Assembly: GCA_963828195.1 (NCBI GenBank)
Contig: CAWHDT010000001.1
Location: forward strand, 224,001-288,000
Direction: 5' to 3'
From: Candidatus Bathyarchaeota archaeon
Lineage (GTDB): Archaea > Thermoproteota > Bathyarchaeia > Bathyarchaeales > Bathycorpusculaceae
DNA: 64,000 bases
In this document: positions 30,338-38,603 of the stretch, in pieces
Position numbering within the stretch: position 1 is the first letter of the stretch
Layout of the letters: every line of letters begins with the position of its first letter
Program-made: the position numbers and the translations under genes
The notes under the pieces: generated by a model
The model's input: the letters and a program-made list of their open reading frames with translations, nothing else
Databases searched by the model: none
What the model was told of the DNA's origin: nothing

Positions 30338-30497
30338 GTTTCTTTTCCCCTTGACAGCACTAAATTAAGTGGAAATTACTATAAATCATTTTCCAATAAA
30401 ACAGGTCCTTATCAAAAATAATCGTAATTAATACCTGTTTTAGGCGAAAAAATACGGAAAAAAAATGTTATTTTTCATTTCATGAAGCCACGTAAAG

Positions 30498-30532
30498 TTG
30501 GTAGTCGCCTGCCTTACTGGAACAATTTAAAA
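30498..30532 (+). promoter_or_regulatory. TTGGTAGTCG box plus TATA, copy 3
   Basis: TTGGTAGTCG-CCTGC-CTTA-CTGGA-ACAA-TTTAAAA. Confidence 0.75.
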
Positions 30533-30579
30533 GGCTTTTTGGGCAAAGCTGTCTTTCACAGAAAAAAGGAAATGAAAAA

Positions 30580-33477
30580 ATGCTAAAAGCAAAAAACAGA
30601 ATTTTAGCAATTGCAATTGCAATGTTTTTAACCCTTTCAATGTCAGCTTCAATGATCCTTATTCCATCTGCTAGTGCGCATAATCCTGCATGGCAGATTC
30701 CAACGCACGCCTACATACAAACTCTGCCAAATCCTATAGGTGTCGGTCAGTCAATCACTGTTTATATTTGGCTTGACAAAACCTTCGGATCAGGTTTCGA
30801 AGCAGCAAGCTACGCGCAGGTTACAAATGACTATAGATTCCACAACTACGAAGTCGTCATTACAGCGCCAGACGGCACCCAAACAACAGATACTTTCAAT
30901 GTCATCACAGACCCAACATCATCACAGCTGTTTTCGTTTACGCCAACTCAAGTCGGCACATACATCTTCAACTTTACTTTCCCAGGGCAGGCTTACGCTC
31001 AATACCCCGGCGGCTATAATCCCGCCTCAGTGTTAGTTAACGACACTTATTTGGCAAGCAGTGCATCAACAACGCTTACTGTACAGCAAAGTCCAATAGG
31101 TGCGGCGACAACGAGCGAACCGTTTCCGACAAATTACTGGACGCGCCCAATTTACGGTCAAGACTCTAACTGGTACACGCTCTCGTCAAACTGGCTAGGC
31201 ACAGGCAACCCAGTATTCGTCACCGAAAACTATGACAAAAACGTCTACGTTCCCGACGCCGTCGGCTCCTTAACCTCGCACATCATGTGGACCTACCCGC
31301 TTGAAAGCGGAGGAGTCGTTGGAGGAAACCTGTTCAGCACAGGCGGAGCGTACCCAGCTAGCCCACAAGGAGTCGGATACTTCGAGGGTTCAGCATACAA
31401 CAACAGATTCATCAACCCGATAATACTCGACGGAATGCTCTACTACAAGGAACCAGTGTCATTCGGCGCCAGTGTTGGACCACTCGTTTGCCAAAACCTG
31501 CAAACAGGACAAATCATCTGGACCAGCACAGTGATACCAGCATTATCATTCGGCTACATCTATAACCTGTGGGACCCTGACCAACACGGTGTTTATCCAC
31601 CGATTCTGTTCAGCACCAACTTTGCCCAAGCTTACGATGCCTACACAGGAGACCCACTCTTCAACGTAACTGGTGTCCCCACAGGAACGGCTGTGACAGG
31701 TCCAAGTGGCGAACAACTAAGACTTGTCTTATCGAATGACGGCACCACAGCAAACCCAGCTTGGTATTTGGCTGAATGGAACTCGTCCAGACTTTGGGAT
31801 ACGTTTGCGAATCCCTGGACAGGCGCTACTCTTCTCAGCCCCGCACTCTACAATGACTCTACAGCTTCCGGCGCTAGCTTAACCACGGCTCAATCACAGG
31901 AGGGAAATGTTACACAACCAGCAATAGGAACTCCTGCAGGCCTCAACAACAATGCACCAGCCACCTATAATTATGTAATTTACGCAAACGTCGTAAATTC
32001 CAGCAGTCCACTGTACGATTATGACTGGAACATTTCAGTGCTGTGGCTCAACAATATGGGCAACCAAACTCTATCGACTGTGGTTAACGCAGCAGGAAAT
32101 GCACAAATTGTTGAAGGCTACAGCGCTACCGGATCCAACCCCGATGCATCGAACCCCGCGACGGTAATTGCAGCTTACTATGGCCAGTTTATGCTTTTCC
32201 ACAATGGCACTTTGCCTTCAGGCGGCACACCCTTTTACACAACAAGCTGGGCTCCCTACACATACTTCGCTGTCGACCTTAACGTATCTCACACCGCCAC
32301 ATTCGGTACGGTACTATGGTGGAACACGCTTCAACCGCCATCTGACAACGTCACTGTACTAGAAAGCGGAGTCGACCCAGTAGCCGGCGTCTTCTACGAA
32401 ACCCTTAAGGAAACTATGCAATACGTAGCATACAGTACCACTACTGGCCAGAAGTTATGGGGGCCAACTCCATCTCAACCAGCTCTCGACTACTACGGCA
32501 ACGACTTCGGCGGCGATTTAGACGGGCAACTTGCTTACGGCAACCTTTACAGTGTGGGATTTGCAGGAGTACTCTACTGCTATAATGAAGCCACTGGCAA
32601 TTTATTGTGGACTTACGGTAACGGCGGCACAGGCAACAGTACTTACGCTGGCTTCAACACGTTCTACGGCGACTACCCAACCTTCATACAAGCTATCGGC
32701 AACGGAGTCATCTACACAGACACCACGGAGCACACCATTAACGACCCAATTTACAAGGGTGCATTAACGCGCGCTATTAACGCGACAGACGGCGCAGAAA
32801 TTTGGACGCTTTCTGACTGGACTGGCGGCGGCGGCACACCTGACAGCTATGCTATCGCGGACGGTTATACAACATTCTTCAATGGTTATGACGACCAAGT
32901 TTACAGTCTTGGACAGGGACCCAGCGCTACTACAGTATCGGCGCCACAGACTGCTATTACCGCAGGAACCAATGTAGCTATACAGGGCACGGTTATGGAT
33001 ATTTCCGCTGGCACACAGCAAACAGAGCAAAAAGCTGACTTTCCAAATGGCGTACCATGCGCTTCTGACGCTAGCATGGGTGCTTGGATGGGCTACGTTT
33101 ACCAGCAACAGCCAGAACCAACGAACTTCACAGGCGTTACAGTAACGTTAACTGCTATTGATCCCAACGGCAACTTCGTCAGCTTAGGCACTGCAACAAC
33201 CGATACTAACGGCGTGTATCACTACACTTGGACTCCACCGACAATTCCAGGCACCTACTCGGTTACCGCAACGTTCGCTGGCACCAACGGTTACTGGCCG
33301 TCAAAAGCAGAAACCACCCTGATAGTACAAAACGCCCCCACGGTATCACCGACTGCTTCACCTATATCAAACGTAGCAACAACATCTGATCTATTGACGT
33401 ACATGGCTGCTGCAGTAATCGCTATAATCATCGCAATCGCCATAGTCGGCTTGATCTTAGTAAGAAAAAAGCCATAA
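30580..33477 (+). CDS. Secreted, membrane-anchored PQQ-like beta-propeller surface protein (paralog 3)
   Basis: Same architecture as the other paralogs; different C-terminal anchor segment, ending RKKP. Confidence 0.85.
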   Translation: MLKAKNRILAIAIAMFLTLSMSASMILIPSASAHNPAWQIPTHAYIQTLPNPIGVGQSITVYIWLDKTFGSGFEAASYAQVTNDYRFHNYEVVITAPDGTQTTDTFNVITDPTSSQLFSFTPTQVGTYIFNFTFPGQAYAQYPGGYNPASVLVNDTYLASSASTTLTVQQSPIGAATTSEPFPTNYWTRPIYGQDSNWYTLSSNWLGTGNPVFVTENYDKNVYVPDAVGSLTSHIMWTYPLESGGVVGGNLFSTGGAYPASPQGVGYFEGSAYNNRFINPIILDGMLYYKEPVSFGASVGPLVCQNLQTGQIIWTSTVIPALSFGYIYNLWDPDQHGVYPPILFSTNFAQAYDAYTGDPLFNVTGVPTGTAVTGPSGEQLRLVLSNDGTTANPAWYLAEWNSSRLWDTFANPWTGATLLSPALYNDSTASGASLTTAQSQEGNVTQPAIGTPAGLNNNAPATYNYVIYANVVNSSSPLYDYDWNISVLWLNNMGNQTLSTVVNAAGNAQIVEGYSATGSNPDASNPATVIAAYYGQFMLFHNGTLPSGGTPFYTTSWAPYTYFAVDLNVSHTATFGTVLWWNTLQPPSDNVTVLESGVDPVAGVFYETLKETMQYVAYSTTTGQKLWGPTPSQPALDYYGNDFGGDLDGQLAYGNLYSVGFAGVLYCYNEATGNLLWTYGNGGTGNSTYAGFNTFYGDYPTFIQAIGNGVIYTDTTEHTINDPIYKGALTRAINATDGAEIWTLSDWTGGGGTPDSYAIADGYTTFFNGYDDQVYSLGQGPSATTVSAPQTAITAGTNVAIQGTVMDISAGTQQTEQKADFPNGVPCASDASMGAWMGYVYQQQPEPTNFTGVTVTLTAIDPNGNFVSLGTATTDTNGVYHYTWTPPTIPGTYSVTATFAGTNGYWPSKAETTLIVQNAPTVSPTASPISNVATTSDLLTYMAAAVIAIIIAIAIVGLILVRKKP

Positions 33478-33542
33478 GACAAAGACAGTAAAAAATCACA
33501 ATCCACCTTTCCCCTTTTTTAGTCTTAAAAAAGCAATGAAGA

Positions 33543-33660
33543 AGAAATTTGGGGCTGAGTAGGCTCTGGTTAAAATTCACGATACACGACATAGTACCGT
33601 GTTACATATTTGCATTTTTCTTTTCCTCAAGAAAAGATCCCCGAGCCTCAGCAAACCCAC
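33543..33660 (+). ncRNA. Conserved structured 3' element, copy 3
   Basis: GGG-GCTGA-GTA-GGCTCTGG...CCCGAGCC-TCAGC-AAA-CCC with ACACG/CGTGT and TCTTTTC/GAAAAGA hairpins. Confidence 0.6.
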
Positions 33661-33754
33661 GCTGTTCTGAAGCCGCCATCAATTTTTTCCGGCATTTTTC
33701 TAATTTCTCTTAAGCCTTCATCTTTTACATTGCGGGTAAAAAAGTAGACTGAAA

Positions 33755-34093
33755 TTAAAGTTTCTCTAGATACTGTTCGAACTGCTTTTTGTCCTGTAAA
33801 CATTGTGGGCATACGCAAGTAAACGGCAAATCTTTAGTGGTGCATAACTCAGTGTATTTGCATTCTGAACATGGAAAGTCTTTGCCGCAGCGAAGGCAAG
33901 TTTGAGAGAAAACGACTTCAGTGTTTAAGATTCCGCTTACGGCGTCTATGAGCTTTTCAATATTGTTATAGTTTTTGATAGAGAACAAACCCAACTCCCG
34001 ATTATAATCTAACCCGAGCCTGATTAGCAGAACAAACTTTTCTTTTTCAACTCTTGGAAGCTTGAAACCCTTCGGATTTAAAGCTATCACCAT
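33755..34093 (-). CDS. Hypothetical protein with Cys-rich C-terminus
   Basis: Follows rfcL on the same strand; 8 Cys in about 35 aa. Confidence 0.7.
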   Translation of the reverse strand: MVIALNPKGFKLPRVEKEKFVLLIRLGLDYNRELGLFSIKNYNNIEKLIDAVSGILNTEVVFSQTCLRCGKDFPCSECKYTELCTTKDLPFTCVCPQCLQDKKQFEQYLEKL

Positions 34094-34107
34094 AACTTTG
34101 CTTTCCC

Positions 34108-35343
34108 CTAGTACCTATTCATTTTTATTAGGAAATCAACCTCTTCGGGCGTAAACTTAAACCAAGAAATTAGCTGGCTTGGTTTTTGGTTCTGCAGCAT
34201 CGCTTTGACGAATGGAACAAAATCGTGTTTAGCTATTGAATGGGACACGTGGCATTGGGCTCCGATTTTTCCGCAGATTGAATCCAGCATTGTTCTTTTG
34301 CCTTTAGTCCAAAACAAAGTAATAATTCTGATCGGCGGGGAAATAAATTCGAAGGGCTTGTATGATTCAGGAGCGACCGCTGCTGCTCGCGATAAATCGT
34401 TGAAAAAATATTTTAAGAGAAACCAATGCTCTGTTCCGATTCTTCCTCGAAAAACGTCAGCTTGAGAAACAAAATCGTAGGCGGCTGCAAGCTCGGCTGG
34501 ATCTGTGTAGCGTTTGGGCAGATTATCACTTACCGAAAGCAGGAAATCGTCGTAGTCGACGCTTGAGCGGCTAAGTAAACTTGATACTTCGGCAACAGAT
34601 TTTGCTGAGAAAAACCCCCTTAACGTCTCGTCCATGCTGATGTCTTTGTTTCTTGAAGCAAGACCCATAGTATCTTGAAGTGTGAGGGCATGGTTTTCTT
34701 CGCTTAAGCTCTGCAAGTCGTTTATTGCTGATCGCACGTCGCCTCGGCTGTTTTGTGCAATTCTCTCAAGCGCCTCAAACTCAGCCTTCACATGCTCCGT
34801 CAAGCAGACCCTCTGAAGCAGCGCAATAATTAGCGGTATTCGAACTTGTTGAAACCGGATAAGCAAACAGACTTTCTTTAGAGGTCTTAGCTTCTCTATG
34901 TCAGGATCATTTGCTGCCATAGCAACGGGAACTAGGGATTCCTCCACAATTTTTATTATGGCGCCGACCCCTCCTCTGTCCTCGTTACCCGCAATGCCGT
35001 CCACTTCGTCAAGGAAAAGCAGATTCCCTTTTCCTTTACTTGCAGCTGAAAAATTGTCTAAGGCAACGTAGGAAGTCGCTGGTTTAGCAATTTCATTAAC
35101 CGCTTTTTCAGAGCGTGCGTCGCTTGCGTTCATTTCAATAATTGAAAACCCAAACTCTTTTGAGGCAGCGTTGACCAAAGCTGTTTTCCCAACGCCCGGC
35201 GGTCCATAGAGCAAAACGGCTTTTTTGCTTCGTCGTTTATTTTTTAGCCACTCGAGGAATGTGGCTTTCGCTTCTTCGTTGCCGACAATGTCCTCTATCT
35301 TTTTCGGGCGGTACTTTTCGACCCATAACAGATCATTGGTCAA
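34108..35343 (-). CDS. rfcL: Replication factor C large subunit
   Basis: WVEKYRP, GPPGVGKT, EMNASD, LDEVDG and GDVRSAINDLQ motifs. Confidence 0.93.
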   Translation of the reverse strand: MTNDLLWVEKYRPKKIEDIVGNEEAKATFLEWLKNKRRSKKAVLLYGPPGVGKTALVNAASKEFGFSIIEMNASDARSEKAVNEIAKPATSYVALDNFSAASKGKGNLLFLDEVDGIAGNEDRGGVGAIIKIVEESLVPVAMAANDPDIEKLRPLKKVCLLIRFQQVRIPLIIALLQRVCLTEHVKAEFEALERIAQNSRGDVRSAINDLQSLSEENHALTLQDTMGLASRNKDISMDETLRGFFSAKSVAEVSSLLSRSSVDYDDFLLSVSDNLPKRYTDPAELAAAYDFVSQADVFRGRIGTEHWFLLKYFFNDLSRAAAVAPESYKPFEFISPPIRIITLFWTKGKRTMLDSICGKIGAQCHVSHSIAKHDFVPFVKAMLQNQKPSQLISWFKFTPEEVDFLIKMNRY

Positions 35344-36338
35344 TAGGTTTCCCCTATGGCTTTACCAAATTTTGCGAATTGCGCAAGCAAAGCACTTAAC
35401 TGGATGTCGCTGTTTGCGCCCTGCGTTAAGCGGTAATCGTATTCGCCGATGACGTTTGACAGGTCGGCTTTTTGTTCAGGAGTAAGATCGGACATTTTGA
35501 ATATCTCCCGCTGCACTTGGCGTATTATTTCCGAGCCTGAAAAGCCGTAAGACCCCATTATTTCATACATAGTTTTCCGCGCCTCAATAAAGTCGCCGAA
35601 TAACGCTTTTCTAATCATTTTTTGAACTTGCATTGGGCTGGCTTCGCCGATGACAAGCGAGACGGTTTTCTCATCCACAACTCCCTCCTTGTAGGCTGAA
35701 GCGGTTTGCAACGCATTTATCGCGTGTCTCAAGTCGCCTTCGGAGTAGTCAACTATTCTCTCAGCTGCTTCAGGCAAAAGATTCACGTTTTCTTTTTTTG
35801 CTATACATTGCAGCTGTTCTTTCATCGCTTGTTTATCCAACCTTGAAAATCGGAATATGGCGCAGCGGCTCTGTATTGGCTCAATTATTTTGCTTGATTG
35901 GTTGCATATGAGAATGAACCTCGATGTGCGGCTGCTGGTTTCCATTATTCTCCTCAGCGCTGTCTGGGCGGGGCCAGTCATTTGGTCGCATTCATCCAGT
36001 ATAATCAGTGCAAACGGTACATTCCCGAAGCCTGATCGGCTGTAACGTGAAAAATCCTTAACTCTATCACGCACCGTGTCGATGCCTCGCTCGTCAGATG
36101 CGTTAAGTTCAAGTGTGAAGCTTTTCCAGTTGGGTCCAAAAAGCTCATGGGCAATGCAAAGTGCAAGGGTCGTTTTCCCAGTGCCTGGTATCCCCGCGAA
36201 CATTAAGTGAGGCATCGTTTTTGGGTTCTTCATGAAAGCTTTCAGGCTTTCAACGATGTCATGTAAATCCACGACCTCGGTTAGGTTTTTCGGGCGGTAC
36301 TTTTCCACCCACATGAGCGCTTCTTCGTTAACTGCCAT
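35340..36338 (-). CDS. rfcS: Replication factor C small subunit
   Basis: WVEKYRP, GIPGTGKT, LELNASDERGID and PIQSRC motifs; no intein. Confidence 0.95.
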   Translation of the reverse strand: MAVNEEALMWVEKYRPKNLTEVVDLHDIVESLKAFMKNPKTMPHLMFAGIPGTGKTTLALCIAHELFGPNWKSFTLELNASDERGIDTVRDRVKDFSRYSRSGFGNVPFALIILDECDQMTGPAQTALRRIMETSSRTSRFILICNQSSKIIEPIQSRCAIFRFSRLDKQAMKEQLQCIAKKENVNLLPEAAERIVDYSEGDLRHAINALQTASAYKEGVVDEKTVSLVIGEASPMQVQKMIRKALFGDFIEARKTMYEIMGSYGFSGSEIIRQVQREIFKMSDLTPEQKADLSNVIGEYDYRLTQGANSDIQLSALLAQFAKFGKAIGETY

Positions 36339-36447
36339 TAAAGTAACCTTCACAACAAATTATACAATAACGTGCTTTGATTTAACTAATTTAACCTTTT
36401 CCATATCCTCTAAAGATAACCTGGAGGTATCTGAAAGTACCTTTCCG

Positions 36448-36795
36448 CTACCCGATTTTGCTTCCTTCAGCAATATCCTTCTCGGGTGCAAGCACAGTTA
36501 CGTTTCCTTCACTGTCTTCAGCGGCTAAAACCATGCATTGCGACTCCACACCCGCTAACACGCGCCTTTGAAGATTCAAGAGAAAAACGCATTTTTTGCC
36601 CACTAATTCTTCAGGCTGATAATATTTTAGTAGACCCGCGACAGCTTGCCTTTTTTCAGCCCCAAAGTCAACAATTATTTTGATCAGTTTTTTTGAATTG
36701 GAAATTGGCGTTGCCTCAACGATTTTTCCTATTCGCAAATCAAGTTTCTGGAATTCGGCAAATGATATTTCTTCAGCCAAATAATTCACGCTCAA
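36448..36795 (-). CDS. tRNA-binding OB-fold protein (MetRS C-terminal/Trbp111/CsaA-like)
   Basis: ISFAEFQKLDLRIGKI, RQAVAGL and GVESQCMVLAA motifs. Confidence 0.88.
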   Translation of the reverse strand: MSVNYLAEEISFAEFQKLDLRIGKIVEATPISNSKKLIKIIVDFGAEKRQAVAGLLKYYQPEELVGKKCVFLLNLQRRVLAGVESQCMVLAAEDSEGNVTVLAPEKDIAEGSKIG

Positions 36796-36802
36796 AAGTA
36801 GT

Positions 36803-37492
36803 TTAATTTTCAGTGATATTTACTTTGCTTTCCTGTGCAAGCCTGATTCTTTCTTTCGTCGCTAACTTGTGAGCTTGCAGTAGCGGCTCAGGAATCCGGC
36901 TTATGGCACAGTGCTTAACTATTTTGATGGCTGTTTCAAGAGACACCATGTGGCCAATGCTTACGTAAATGGGTTTATCACCCTGCTTTGTAGTCACAAC
37001 GGCACCGATTACTTCACCATTATCAACCAAAAAAGTCTCCCCATCCTTGTCGGTCGGTGCACCTATTAACCTGCTTTTAGCCGCGCCCACAGTTGGTTTT
37101 CCGATGGCGAGTCCAAGATGGCTGGCAAACCCACACCGATACGGATGGGCAAATCCCTGTGCGTTGACAAGAAACAAGTCGGGTTGAATTTTCAATTTTT
37201 TGATTGCTGCCATAGCTGGAGAAAGCTCTCTGAAAGACAGCAGAGTTGGGATGTATGGCATTTTAATTTGACATGTTGCAACTTGAGTCTCCAAAGTCTT
37301 GAGCGTTTCATAATCTAAAACCGTTAACGCGCCGACGCCGACGTCGTCAAGATACGAGACATCAACGCCAGCGACCGTTCCAATTTTACTGGGCAACCTG
37401 TCTTCTAAAATTATTTTCTTTGACAGACAAAGCTGGGTTTGGTGCGCTTTTTTTACCGAAAAATTTTTCATCAGCTTGCTGGGGCTGCTCAA
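36803..37492 (-). CDS. nfi: Endonuclease V
   Basis: GVDVSY, PYIP.LLSFRE, HP..GFASHLG, GAAKS, YVSIGH and RIPEP motifs. One catalytic Asp appears as Asn. Confidence 0.9.
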   Translation of the reverse strand: MSSPSKLMKNFSVKKAHQTQLCLSKKIILEDRLPSKIGTVAGVDVSYLDDVGVGALTVLDYETLKTLETQVATCQIKMPYIPTLLSFRELSPAMAAIKKLKIQPDLFLVNAQGFAHPYRCGFASHLGLAIGKPTVGAAKSRLIGAPTDKDGETFLVDNGEVIGAVVTTKQGDKPIYVSIGHMVSLETAIKIVKHCAISRIPEPLLQAHKLATKERIRLAQESKVNITEN

Positions 37493-38163
37493 ATTTTGAC
37501 CTTTTTGGCTCCGCTTTTGGGGGTGCTGCGTTTTAAGGGTTGAAATTTCTTCAAGTAGTCTTCAAGGGATTTTCTGCGGATTTCCAGCGTTACGTCACCG
37601 CGGGTAGATTCGATTATTCTTCTTGCAATGTCAGATTTGTGCCTGAGCCCTGGAACAAGCATGTAAGCCTCGTCAAGAGCTAATAGCTGAATAAACATTT
37701 GATCCATTGTTTCAAGGCATTCTTCTGCACTTTTGACTTCGCCTTCGCGCAGATTATCCAGCGCGAGACGCCTGTATTCGCCTATAACATCCGCTAAGCC
37801 CAGTGCATAATCGACTGAAGGCACACAAATCTCAGCGGGGGTAACAAAACGACCTTCTTTTACAAGCATCAAGAAAATGCGTGCTTCAGAGTATTCCTGG
37901 AGCGCCGCACTAAACATGCCGCCGTAAATAATGTCAGGGTACTCCTTGGATAAATCCTGAAGGCAAGAAACCTTCTCTTTGGCGTCGGCGATGAATTTTT
38001 CCGCCTGACTGTATTTTTTCTGGTGGATCAAAAGAATCGCTTGTTTAGATAGGCTGGTTGCTTTGCGCATGCTTTCATGTGTTTCTTCGCGAATTTTGTT
38101 TTTTTGCATAAGCTCGTTTTTTACTTCTTGAAGAATAGTCTCTAAAGACGACAAACTTATCAT
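37489..38163 (-). CDS. Translin/Trax (C3PO-like) family protein
   Basis: ALQEYSEA, DYALGLADVIGE.RR and LRHKSD motifs. Confidence 0.87.
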   Translation of the reverse strand: MISLSSLETILQEVKNELMQKNKIREETHESMRKATSLSKQAILLIHQKKYSQAEKFIADAKEKVSCLQDLSKEYPDIIYGGMFSAALQEYSEARIFLMLVKEGRFVTPAEICVPSVDYALGLADVIGEYRRLALDNLREGEVKSAEECLETMDQMFIQLLALDEAYMLVPGLRHKSDIARRIIESTRGDVTLEIRRKSLEDYLKKFQPLKRSTPKSGAKKVKI

Positions 38164-38309
38164 CTGATTAGATGAATTGCTGGGTTATTTATTTCAATTT
38201 CCCAAAAAATCGATGTAAAACAATTATTCACTACTGTTGACCGTTAGCTTAAACACGCGTTCTCTACCGCCTTTTTCCCATTTATCTCCAAATTTGCCAA
38301 AAACAGCTC

Positions 38310-38500
38310 TGCGCTAATTCAAACACACAAACAAAAGGAACCTAAACAAAACAGAGCAATCAGCCCAGAAGAAGAAGAAGAAAAACAATTTTTCTAGTCT
38401 TCTTCTTCTTTTAAAAAACATTTTTTACCCATTAATCAAACCCAGCCTCACAACGAAAAACAATAGAAAATCAAAAAATGCGACCCAAAATAAGCCTCCC
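38310..38500 (-). repeat. Dispersed intergenic hairpin repeat, copy B
   Basis: Reverse complement aligns by eye over ~190 nt with 63680-63870; core at 38367-38415. Confidence 0.8.
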
Positions 38501-38603
38501 GAAAGAAGGGCGAGACACCCTTACCGGCAAAAGGGCTGATCAAAATTCACACACTTACGCGGATTAAAAATTAGGTAAAGAAACCGCAACTATCCATATG
38601 CTG

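Noticed and set aside
14682-33477. Diversity-generating retroelement acting on the paralogs
   Set aside because: No reverse transcriptase and no TR/VR pair with adenine-specific differences seen in the window.
14682-33477. True PQQ-dependent dehydrogenases
   Set aside because: Only generic Trp-docking propeller motifs are visible. I could not identify quinoprotein active-site features, and no pqq genes are present.
19751-36338. Inteins in MCM or RFC
   Set aside because: Protein lengths are normal and the Walker motifs are uninterrupted.
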